A DNA stretch of 63,885 nt, filler included, from Bigelowiella natans CCMP2755 (taxonomy: Eukaryota > Protista > Cercozoa): the NCBI GenBank assembly GCA_000320545.1. It is 6 parts of 6 records of this genome, joined end to end, with 100 filler letters (N's around TTAATTAATTAA, not from the genome) between each part and the next. Parts side by side here need not be neighbours in the genome. Positions count along the whole stretch, not along the records: positions 27,310 to 48,004 come from ADNK01001652.1; 5 more parts are not named here. The stretch is one strand, 5' to 3'. The number at the start of each line of letters is the position of its first letter. The first letter of the stretch is position 1. A model generated the notes under the pieces. It did not search any database and was not told the origin of the DNA. It was given only the letters and a program-made list of their open reading frames with translations. A program made the position numbers and the translations under genes. Below are positions 29,774-40,917 of this stretch, one piece after another.

Positions 29774-30197
29774 TGATGATGAAGGACGAGGAGATGCTGA
29801 AGAATGGTGGGGATAGATATTCTGATGGGTGCTGATCACGAACTTAGCATCATGACATCGCACCTGACACATCGCCCAAATATGCATGGTGGTTATGGCG
29901 GAGTTAGTTTCTATAAAGTGAGCGCTGAGGGCAAGATCATATACGGTTTTGACGTCCCCGAGCCTGTCGCGAAAACAGGTTTCTACGCAAATGTGCAGCG
30001 CAAATAACTTAGCTTCAGCGGAAAAAGCCGTTTAAGCACGGGTTGGGAGAATTCCATGCAACGTAGACAATCATGTTCTGTGAGCGGAGATACATCCATG
30101 GTTTGCCTTATCGTGTGACTCTTCCATACGAATGTGCAGGAGACATTACTATTGCAATCTTGAGGCTAGTTAGGTATTTCACGTTGAGATACCAATA

Positions 30198-30267
<70 letters not shown>

Positions 30268-30395
30268 GTGTACATGAGCATAAATTTATATACACGTATG
30301 ATGTGTGTAATTTAGCTTTTATATTGTTAAATGTCGGTTGCGATCGTGCCATGGTATGTTTGGAACTTGGAATATAGCTCTCTACCATTGGCTAA
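27760..30395 (+). CDS. SnoaL-like/NTF2-fold protein with long N-terminal extension (5' exons uncertain)
   Basis: IVSSYFECWNRRDMEAAIALFDE..YEDTL, NFEFILDDL..VGVQWHV...ELPFTRGCS and FYKVSAEGKIIYGFDVPEP match the algal/plant NTF2-like family. Confidence 0.8.
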
Positions 30396-30993
30396 CTGCA
30401 CTCTAACTGCACCCCAGAATATCGTTCATTGCAAAATAATGTATGCTATACTTGTGTTTTGTATTCATCCAGCCCTCTTTTAAAGATGATAAGTTCAAAG
30501 GCGTAAGGCCATAGTCGCTAAAACAAGCAAACATTGTGAGCACAACTGGGTATCCCCTGTCCTTTATTAATGGAAATGCGCTTGACCCTCGTTTCGGAAA
30601 ATTGTATACACTCATGAATGTGGCTTGCGACGTAGGGTATTGCTTCGAAGTAATTATAGTAGAAATGACATTTCTAGACTTCGCTGCGACCCAAAGCTGT
30701 AAGGGACTGGACACAGCATGCAAGAGCCATTGCACAATGCAATGGTGATGCCCAAGTTTGTGCAATATTGCCATGAATCTATAAATCACTGGCCACGCGC
30801 AAGGCTACCACACGTCATGTCCATTCGTTCAGCAGTCTAGCAGTGCCGACCAACACTTCATGGTGCACTGTGCCGCAAAACTCTAGCTAGCTAGATCGCA
30901 CGTCGGTCTAGATGTGCTAACCACGCAACACCTAGACATGTTTCAAGCTAGCTTGCACCTACAAATGCCATCATGAGTCGCCCTGCTGCGTGC

Positions 30994-31347
30994 AGCAGGG
31001 TGCACACCACACCCCACATTTGATTTCCCATCTGCCGTTGGTAGGGGAATGACACAAAATTTTCATTTCAAAAATTCACCTACTGACGACCTACTGCTGA
31101 ACTGAATTGCTAGAATGACATGGCAAAATTGCACGAGCATGACATGTCAAGTGTTCGACATTTGATTTCCCATCAGCAATCAGTAGCAAAATGTGCCAAA
31201 ATGCGCAACATGAAAAATTCACCCACTGACGACCCACTGCTGAACTGAATTGCTAGAATGACATGATGAAAATCACAGGCACATCCCATGTGTTTTGTGA
31301 AAACAATCTTTGTTGAAAATGACATGGCAAAATCCACAGCAGAGCAT
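30994..31347 (+). repeat. Left terminal inverted repeat (contains ~55-bp internal duplication 31071-31123 / 31214-31265)
   Basis: agcagggtgcacaccacaccccacatttgat...aatccacagcagagcat is the reverse complement of 36552-36846, apart from a few substitutions and the duplication. Confidence 0.95.
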
Positions 31348-31388
31348 CGTTGAAAACACTGCAAGTTTGTTCTCACCTGAAATGACAA

Positions 31389-31799
31389 ATGAGAACATTC
31401 AAATCAAAAAATGGAAAGCCATTGGACAAATGGTTGACGGAAGAACAATTCAGATCTTTGAAAAACAAAAGATTTTTGCATGCAATGTCGTCTGACATGG
31501 ACACATGCAAAAGGAAATCCACTGAAGAACTTGTCATCAAGTTCGGTCAAGGCAAGGGAACTCAACCAGCATCAAGATCAAAAGATTGCATGTCACATTG
31601 TGGACACACTGACAGCAAAAGGCCCTGGATGGGTTGCAAATTGCATCATTTGTTCATCACTGAAAAGAGCAAAAAAGTGGAAATGCTTGTCAGCTTTCTC
31701 AGTCCATTTGGATTTCTTGCTCTCAAAACTTCTCAATTTGGGACGATTGGTTTGACAAAAAATGCTCTTTGTTTGTTTTTCCCTGTCTTCTTTGCTTGA
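31389..31799 (+). pseudogene. Hypermutated ORF, possibly T5orf172/MUG113-like (GIY-YIG superfamily)
   Basis: RFLHAMSS...LVIKFGQGKG...SRSKDCMSHCGH. Restoring TA at selected CA/TG gives FLYAMSS...IKFG...SRLKDYMSYYGY. This is an inference. Confidence 0.4.
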
Positions 31800-31976
31800 T
31801 GATTTGGGCACATGCTTTTCATTTTTGCTCATCTTGCACTTTTTGATGGCATCTTGAACCATGCAATTGCAGGCTTTGCATTCTACCTTTCGTAGCCATT
31901 TTTGAGAGTTCTTTTTGTAGTGTTCTTTCACATGTTCTGAAGTTTTGGATTTAAATATTTTATTATTTTCGCTCAT
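31593..31976 (-). pseudogene. Virus-type basic Zn-ribbon ORF, hypermutated
   Basis: EHVKEHYKKNSQKWLRKVECKACNCMV resembles KKYREANKEK...KVDCEFCNCAI in the ORF at 59730-60152. Confidence 0.5.
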
Positions 31977-32104
31977 TGTGATGCTATAGATTTTTTCTTT
32001 TTAAACCATTTCATGTTCGTTTCAAAACTCTCAAAAAAACTGGTCATGGATACAACATTGACACCAACCGATTAGTTAAGATTGGAGGTAGAACTTACAA
32101 AAAA

Positions 32105-34224
32105 TTGAATGTTAAAGGATCACCTTTTGAAGTTGTGAATAGCAGTCTTAATTCTTTTAGAAACCTCAACGAAAGCCAACTGAAAAAAACACATCGCACA
32201 ATTTGTGGTGGAACTAATACAAGTTGTGCAATTTTTGTTCATCGCAAGGTAGATGAAGAAAGAAAACATGCTATTAATGAATTCAATCATGAAGGACTGA
32301 GATTAGCAAATGTGATGACCATTAACGGTGTGGTTTTGAAAAAAACTACTCAAGCATTTAGAAATGCTATTGGTAGATTTGTTAAAATCAAATCAAAATT
32401 ATTTGATAGACAAATTTGTGGAGTGTTAATGAGAAACCAAAACATGGCTGAGGAAATGAATAACCCTTCATTTGAACACAGTGATCACATCAAAATCATT
32501 CACAATGGGTCTTATGATTCTAAATCATCAAGTAATTATGATGTCAGTCAAATTGTGGTGAAAGATAACAACAACAATGTGGCTATGAATTGCAAATACC
32601 TTGAATGTGAAATCAATGATGAAGCGAAAACCTTTGGTGAACTATTCCATCAACCTAAAAAACACTACAGAGAGAATTCTTGTATGTTCAATGCTGTTGT
32701 GAACTCACATGAAAAATCATTTGAAAAATCCAGACATGAAAATATTACTCATGATGCTCTTTGTAACATTGTAGGAAAAAAAGAAAAAAAAAAGGAGAAA
32801 TGCCATTACATTAGCAAAGATTAAATTTTTTTTTGAAAAATGCAAATTAGGGCTAACCGTTTGCGACAACATGTATAAATTAGTTGATAAGTTTACACCT
32901 GAGAAATGCAATAAGCACATCTCACCACGAAACTTCAGAGTTATGGTTCATAATAATCATGCTTATTTGCTCAATCACCAAATCAAAGAATTAGAGCAGA
33001 AAAAAAAAGAAGTAGAACATAATAAATATTTATTACAAGTCCATAACAAATACAAATTTAGAACAATAGATGAAGATAAAAGTAATTGTTTCAAATTTAT
33101 TAAAAATCTTAATGACATCGTATCTCATATTAAAACAGTTAATGATGAATGGATTAAACATTTTTATTGTGGCGATATGAGGGAATTATTAATTGAAATG
33201 ATAAATGTTCACAAATGTGAACCTAAAATTTTCTTTCAACATAACAGAACACTTTCATTGTCATTTAGAATTAGCAATAAACACTGTGTTATTTCTCATC
33301 CTGATTATAACAACATTTGATGTATTAAAAAAATATTTTAAAGTTGTTAAAAGTATGGATAAAGTAAAGACACTTAACAACATTACCTTTTACAACTTTA
33401 GATCCCGTTCAGTAGGAAAGCATATCCATAGCCTACAAAAGAAACCCAGAAAAAAAAATTATGTAGATGGTATTTGCTACTATGCTGGTATGGAGATTGT
33501 ATGTAAAAAGTACAATAAGAAACCAAAACTATATGTGAACTACACTTATGAAATTATTAAAGTAAATAAAAAAGAATTTGTAATACAAGATGTGTGTGAT
33601 ATGGAAGAAATAAGAATTCCTATAGAATTAATTAGTAAGCATTTTAGATTGTCATATGCCTCTACCTGTCATAGTTTCCAAGGATTATCAGTTGATGGTC
33701 CTATCACCGTGTTTGATGCAAATACCTGTAGAATTAATCGCAAGTGGCTCTGGACTGCTATGACTCGCTCTACTGACCTATCACAGATACAAATAAATCA
33801 GCACAGCGATAAAGAATGCTACAGATTAAAGGAAAGTATGATTACTCAAAAACTACGAATGAAAGTATCTTCGTATAGATCTCAGGACAAAAGAGCTGGT
33901 AGAACATGGGAAGAGAAGGAATATATTGATGAGAAATGGATAAAAAGAACTGTTAATAATCACCCTCACTGCCCTGTGTGTAGATGTGGATTTACTGCTG
34001 ATAATGTTTCTGTGGATAGAATTGATAATGCTCAACCTCATCTGTGGAACAATTGTAGATTGACTTGTGTGGAATGCAATCTTAGTAGAAATAATCAACA
34101 GACTTGCCCAGCATTTGGTGAGTACACCCCTCAGGATGTTGAGTTTGAAGATGGCTTTGAGGATCAATGGGATCAATGGGTGAAACCTGGGTACGAAAAC
34201 ACCATCACTGGGCTGGAGCTTTGA
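32105..34224 (+). pseudogene. Frameshifted, internally deleted virus-like replication protein: N-terminal region plus SF1 (PIF1/RecD-like) helicase C-terminus and HNH nuclease
   Basis: Three overlapping or abutting ORFs (32105, 32871, 33205). Helicase motifs FRLSYASTCHSFQGLSV and WLWTAMTRST; HNH-like CPVC...VSVDRIDNAQPHLWNNCRLTCVECN. No Walker A/B is seen, so the helicase core is missing. Confidence 0.8.
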
Positions 34225-34476
34225 GGCATCGTGTGCCCGAAAATTTGACATTTAATGTCTTTGCCATATCAGCCACACGTGTCAGTTCTTCACCGGAGAC
34301 TCTCCCCGCTGCTGGGCATTCCGGGATGAAAATGGGAGTCCCTAATCTTCGGACACTAACGGACACTAACGGGCAATACCGGTAATACTCCCGGTACATG
34401 TAATGCTCTTTCCGGGGATTCGCCGCAACGAGAGTCTCCCGTGAAGATCTTCACACCAGACTCGAAATCAGACTCG

Positions 34477-36519
34477 ATGAAGCGTAGTGGGAAGGTAGAT
34501 GAAAGAATCCCTAGCAGGAGAAGTTCGAAAGCACAGGTACTTATCCTACGAGGCTTGCGTTCGGGAGCTTAAGCTTTGATGTGTTCTCAGCGTTCTGAGG
34601 TATGGGGAAATCAGATGGACTCTATTAGCAAACAAATCTTGAAATTGAGGGATGAAAAGAACAAGCTGAATGACCGACTTGCGCGATTTGAACAATTTTA
34701 CTCGGAAGAAAAGTTTACGAAGGAGGAGCTCAATGAGAAAACAAAGAAAGTAGAAGCGCAAATAGCTGAAACTCAAAAGGAAATCCAGGCGAAGGAGGCA
34801 GAACTGAAGGATGTGACAAAAGAGTATAAGGAGGCAACCCAAGGTTATGAATTCTGTGAACATCTAAGGAACAATCGGTGTGCTGAGATATTTTTGCGTG
34901 TGTGTTCAGCCATGGAAATAGACGAAATTGGGGGGGTGATTTTGACAGAAAACCCTGCCGGAGGAGACTATGCCAAAGCTCTTGTTGAAGCAGAAAAGAG
35001 AGAGGCTGGCGATGCGAAAATCTCCAAATTCCTGCCCATGGTGCTACTGACAGTGTGCACGGTATTCATCCCTGGTTTTACCGAAATTATGAAGGATGAA
35101 GCAAAGAGCATGAAGGATAAGGGCATTAAAGGCATTCTCGTATTTGGTAGAAGGTGTTTCATTCAAGTCGTGAAAGAGTTCCGTCGAATACGTAAGGAAT
35201 ACATCGACGGTGCCACATTGAGATTTTGTATACTCGCGGGACAGAGTGGAATTGGCAAAAGCCTGGCATTTTCCCAGATTTACATGCGAGAAGCCTTTAT
35301 CCAAGGGGAGAAGGTGGCGTTTTACTCCGTCCGAGAGGCTACAATTTATTTGTTCCGGACGGAAGGCGGGAAGTACACCTGCCAGCAAGCGGAAGTAAAC
35401 GATCAAGGGTTCTGGAAAACTAAAGCTTGGAAAACTTTTGATGACAGATCAGCACATTTGATTATAGACCCGGCTCCAAGCCAAGGTCACAAGTACTTCC
35501 AAGTGCATTTAGTGGAGGCCTTCGTGGTGTACTTGACCTCTCCGAACAGCGAACTGCGCAGTTTCGAAAATGTGATCAGAGGTGTTAGAAGGAAGAGACT
35601 CTTTGTTCCGACATTGGCCATTGAGGAGTCCAAGGTAATAGCAACCGAGCTAAAAGAGAAAGAGAGTGTGTTTTTAGAGAGATTTCAGAGAACTGGTGGA
35701 CAGCTGCGGGATTTCATTAGTGATGAAAGATACAAACTTTTCGAAGGTTATCAGAATGATGCTTGGGCAGGAATGGGGAGGACGGACTACATATACTTCG
35801 GAGATTTGAAAGTTTCAAGCAGAATATTTTCGGTCCAACCTTCCACTACTGAGGAAACACTTCTTTACGGTGAGGAATGCGTCATAGTTCCACAAAGCGA
35901 ATGGATTAAGAGCAAGATATTCCAACTGTATGCAGAGAAGAATCTCAAAAATTTCACCGGATTAGATGGCGAGAAATGGTTCTTTGCTAAAATTTACAAG
36001 GGTTGCAAGCTTCTCGCTAGACGTCTCCCTAAGAAGCTAGCTGACGCTGAAAAACGGAAAGGGAATGGTGATTGGGAAGACAAGATTCACGAGTTCCCTG
36101 CTCATTCAACTTTGAAAACTTTCTCGAACGGCGTGAAAGGCCAGATAGACAAATGCCGAGCACACATCAAGAAGATAGCTGAGGATCAAAAGGCGGAACT
36201 TGTAGTGTGTCCGACAAACTATCCGGCCATCGATGGAGCAACAAACTGTCGAACACTGTATCAAGTTACGATTAGCAGCAAGAAGTCCGTCGGCAAAGCA
36301 TACGTTGATGAACTGATTTTATTCGGTGCATCAGAAGCGGAGAAAGCTCGAGTGTTTTTCCTTGTCCCCCAAAAAATAGTAGAATCCTTCAGCATTTCGT
36401 TTGCAAAAGACTCTAAAGATGATGCTCTCAAGCTAGCAGAGTTCTGGGTTGTTGGCATCAATTTGATTGAAATGATTGAGGACGCACAGAAGAAGAAAAG
36501 CAAGATCACGGCTAGCTAG
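34477..36519 (+). CDS. Crinkler/RHS-type (CR) effector: coiled coil + P-loop NTPase + PD-(D/E)xK restriction-endonuclease fold
   Basis: Walker A ILAGQSGIGKS, Walker-B-like HLIIDP, VYLTSPN, ERFQRTGGQLR (GGxxR), and C-terminal PTNYPAIDG...LYQVTIS. Probable first exon 34477-34536 and a 54-nt phase-0 GT-AG intron 34537-34590. Confidence 0.8.
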
Positions 36520-36551
36520 CAGCTTGACATTCTGCGATGGATGTAGGCGCA

Positions 36552-36846
36552 ATGCTCTGCTGTGGATTTTGCTATGTCATTTTTGACAAAGATTGTTTTC
36601 ACAAAACACATGGTAGGCAAAGCTTTCATGTTGCGCATTTTTGCACATTTTGCTGCTGATTGCTGATGGGAAATCAAATGTGGGGCACTTGACATGTCAT
36701 GCTCGTGCGATTTTGCCATGTCATTCTAGCAATTCAGTTCAGCAGTAGGTCGTCAGTAGGTGAATTTTTAAAATGAAAATTTTGTGTCATTCCCCCTACC
36801 AACGGCAGATGGGGAATCAAATGTGGGGTGTGGTGTGTACCCTGCT
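36552..36846 (-). repeat. Right terminal inverted repeat
   Basis: atgctctgctgtggatt...atgtggggtgtggtgtgtaccctgct is the reverse complement of the left TIR. Confidence 0.95.
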
Positions 36847-37254
36847 AGCCTGCTGCGTGCGTTGCAAAACTGTAGAAAACACATGAATGACTGCACGCTC
36901 AGATTCGCTCGTGCTTTTTTCCTCGCTGCATGAGACACAAGTTAATACATAAACTGCGCATTTATTGTATATTCCCACGCAGGGACGTCTTTACAAGCAA
37001 CGCTCATGCGAGTGGCGTGTTTTTTTCTGTTATCGCAAAATCGAAGCAATTTCGAAGATAAGCCTGTACGTTATGTAATGATAGACATGCAATATATTGT
37101 GTAGATAGGCCATAGTTGTACTTAAATACAACCACCCCAACTCGCATGCCATAATGAATACACAAGGATAATGTATACTTGGTTGACGTTTCTGACGATG
37201 TGTGTAGCGCTAAGTATGTCCCGCCGGACATATGTGTATATCTGTTTGTCATTA

Positions 37255-38316
37255 CTATTCCCGCGTCACTTGCACCGCCTTCTTCTTCATGGTGTTAAGC
37301 ATATTCAGAAACCCGTTGTTCCTCCCCGGCGTGAGACTCTAGGGGGGGTGGGGAAAGGCAGAGGCAGGGATTGGATCGAGGGGATAGAGAAGAAGAAGAA
37401 TGAGGTTTCAAGGAAAAGTAGACGAATCTTGGAAGTTACTAAGAACGAAAAGATAATAGTGAAGGAAAGCAAACCTGGGTAATGCCAGCTTCTTGAATGA
37501 ATTCAGGCTTGACGGCTACGATCTCTTCCACTGAATATCCTGATAGCCCTCGGATCAACAAGTTTACTAACCCTGCGCATTTGTCAGTGTTTCGTCACAA
37601 CAATGCCGTCACGTATTCTAAATTTCGGTGGTGGTATTAACAGTCTCCCTCCCTCTCTCTCCCTCCCTTTCTCTCTCTCTCATAGAGCATAATGTGCATT
37701 TTAAATAATATTCATCCAACGATCCGATATACGTTCGTAACAAAGTGTATATGATTTCGTTTAATTGAAGGACCAAGAGTCAACCTTTAGTAATTAGTGC
37801 ATCAGAATCCCCTCTAAAGAACACCTGATGAAGCAACACACATTCACATCAACGGCCCGGACTGGCAGATAACCTTGCGCCCCCCCTCTCCTTACCTTCC
37901 CATCTTCATCCTTAACGGCCACAACATATACGGTGGAGAGGCAGCCGGGAACCTGCGCAATGTTATTTGGTGACGTTGTAGTATTGATGATTTTGACGCT
38001 GATGATGATGATGATGACGACGACGATGACGACATGAAAAAACACAGCCAATTGAAATCAGTACTGGAGTCTGAGTACGATTGAGATATTGCCGCTTTCA
38101 AGAAAATTTGCAAAGATTCATCATGCTTTGTCTTTTACAGATAGGGAAGCCACAAACCTTGTTCTCTGCCTTCTGAAACTGGCTGGGAAGCGGCTGGGCC
38201 TCTTTGGCGTAGTATCTGATGATAAGAACATTTGATAATCTTAGCATATATTAAATAATCTTGTAAAGTCAAATTAGAGCACACATACACGAATGAATAG
38301 TTGTATATATATATAA

Positions 38317-38368
<52 letters not shown>

Positions 38369-39075
38369 GAACACGCATATTTACTCCTATTGCTGGGGGA
38401 CACGAGCATCGGTTATAGATTTTCTCTTCGAACCCAAAAATAAAAAAACATTACAAAAGCTGCTGATGTCTCAAGGTATTGTCCGGAGCGGATTTCAATC
38501 GAACGACCTATTCAGCGTTCAAGTTGTTACGAATCACATGGCTACAGTTCGGTGGGTTGTACGCACTATGATCTTCAAAGTTTTCGTGACGTGGGTTTGC
38601 ACGATCAAATGCGAGCAACTACAAAAGGATAGATCTCTAATTTCAATCTTGCTGCGCTGAATTTGCTCCCTGACCTCTTTCTCCAGATTTGGGGTCAGGT
38701 TCAGAGAAGAGGACGTGGTCGCAAAAGCGTGCATTTCGCGTTGTCGGCTGCTTCTCCTGCTCAGCTGCTCCATGGCTCTGGAGAAGCCTCCCGCCCGGTT
38801 CAATCCTCTCGAAACCTCTAATTTGCGCGTGGTGACCTGAAATTGAAGAGTCTTTTCAGTTGCTCATGCCGTATATCGAGGGGGGGAAGTAAACGGGAGA
38901 GGGGTACTGCTTCCCCACATACCTGCTGCAGCACCCCAGTCTGCTGCGGTCTTTGAAGGACCATCGATGGCTTTAATCCAGTCGATAGATGCCTCGTAGG
39001 CGATAGAGCGGCCAGAGACGACGCAACCACAACGAGGAGAAGCAGCGACGCTCCTGTGTGGTAGGGGGTGGACAT
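37255..39075 (-). CDS. sufE: SufE Fe-S assembly protein with bipartite plastid-targeting-like leader
   Basis: VPGCLSTVYV, GDSDALITKG, LVNLLIRGLSG...EEIVAVKPEFI, SLTPGRNNGFLNML. N-terminus MSTPYHTGASLLLLVVVASSLAAL followed by a Ser/Arg-rich stretch. Confidence 0.9.
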
Positions 39076-39460
39076 CTACTTTTTTTTCTTTTGTGTTCGA
39101 CACGCCTCAGGCGAATTCCGAAGAGGAAACAGCGTTTTGTCCCTGTCGCAGCTTACATATATCCTAGCGTTTGGCTCTATGATCCAACAGAGGCAAAATG
39201 TGAAAATATAGGGAATTCCAACCCTGCGACAACCACTTTCCGCCGTCTTTGACACTGATTGCAGAATGAGGAGCCGAGGACTCAAAACCCATTTCCTCGC
39301 TGAAAAGGGAGGCACATCAGCAGCACAAACCAATCGAAATGCAACGCGATGGCGGTCTCATTGGCCTGGCTAGTTAGTGATAGTATAAAAGCTGTGCTGT
39401 CTCTGGCCGAGCTTCTGTTTGGGGCGAAGAAGGTATGGCTTCTGCGTCGTGGGAACAAGC

Positions 39461-40917
39461 ATGGCTATAGAATTTCATGGTATATCGCCGCACGATGTAG
39501 CCTCCGCTGATCGAGTCATACTTAAAGCGAGAAAGTCATATAACATGCATTTTGTCAATCTTACCTTAGTTTATGCATCGTCACAGCACTGATGATCTTC
39601 CTCCACAGCTTGGTAAGAGCTGCGAGATCGCAGAATTGTCGTGTGTCTCCCATGTGACACGACTGTGCTGCCTTTTCAGACAGCTCATGAGCCATTGGCT
39701 GTCCATTGGAGGCTACACGCGACTCTTGTCACGTTGATGATTGTGAGGATGACCAAACTTTTGATTTCATCAGCATATCACGCATATTTGCTTGGCCAGG
39801 TGATTCTTCTAGAGGTTCTCCTCTACCTCTCCCTGCTCGTCTCAAACGCTGCTTTTGCAACGGCCATTAAACAAAAACCCCAAAACTACGGCGCGAATAC
39901 CATATATTCTGGTTGTTGTACCGGAAAACCGGCTTCTATAATTCGGAGTATTCATGTATAATTTCTGGTTTCATTTGGCGATGTAGGTATGGCGATCGTG
40001 GCAGTGATGATAAGCGTTGAGTTTATTGGACTTATGGTCACTCGCCAAAGTGCGTGGGAGGCAATTAGGAACATCGCAATATCGGGGACAGTGTGCCTTT
40101 CAGGTCGGGTTCGCCATCGTTGCTAGCAGAAATTGAAGATTCGTTAAAACGCTGCGACTGATTATTCTTAGGCTGTTATGTGGTGCTGTCGATGCGGAAG
40201 ATCTCCAGATTACTGGAATCGAATATGAGTCAGCAGAAGGCACTGGAGAATCGTGTGTTCAATAAGAAAACAACGACTACTACTACTACGCAGCAGCTTG
40301 GGAACAAGAATAAGCAGTCCAGTCACGCACCGAGCAGTAGCTGCCAGAATACAGCCGCTTCAGGACAACCTAGAAGACCTTCATCGCATGATTTTAAAAA
40401 GACACTGAGCGGCACTATGGATTCTTCCGGAAATTTAGAGCCACTTCCAATAGCCAAGGTCACCGTAGAGAAGCAGGAGGGAAGAGGTTCGGTCGCGGTT
40501 ACGCTATCACCCCAGGCTGACGGAACATTTCTGGGAAGTATGCACGAGAAAGGGCGCGGCACTGAAGTGGTACACTTCAACTCACCACGAACGCCTGGCA
40601 TTTTTGGCAATATGAACCGATCTGCAGCAGTTGAACGCACTCCGAGCCACTTCCAGGGCCGCAAGCGCTCTGCAAGCGCGCACCATTCAAAAGCGATTCT
40701 GACAAAACTGCGGCGTCTGCAGGCGCTCGGGCTCGTGTTGATACCGGTTATCTCGGGGGTATTCGGGTTCCTAGCTTGGAGATCTATCAGCGCTTCTGGG
40801 CGCCAAGATGAAGAGTTCAACCATGAAAGAGAAAACTACGTGCTTTTTGTCGACGTTTCACTCTACATCGGGATTTTAACAAACGGTTACGCGTTATGGT
40901 ATGTTGCTGGAAACTAA
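39461..40917 (+). CDS. Multi-pass membrane protein (GPCR-like layout with long cytosolic loop)
   Basis: Several hydrophobic exons and a large last exon (40172-40917) with a polar loop and two C-terminal TM helices (ALGLVLIPVISGVFGFLAW; VSLYIGILTNGYALWYV). Start is approximate. Confidence 0.55.

Larger units (their letters stand above)
30994..36846. mobile_element. 5.85-kb TIR-bounded virus-like element (Polinton-like virus/transpoviron-like), decayed, with CR-effector cargo
   Basis: Long inverted repeats at both ends, an AT-rich intronless left half with SF1 helicase C-terminus + HNH and Zn-ribbon ORFs, and termini 5'-AG...CT-3'. Confidence 0.85.

Noticed and set aside
30994-31900. CpG-methylation decay or fungal-type RIP as the cause of TG/CA richness
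   Set aside because: CpG decay cannot eliminate TA and RIP increases TA. Paired copies differ as TA vs CA/TG, although one TG/CA site and one TG/CG site are also compatible with CpG decay.
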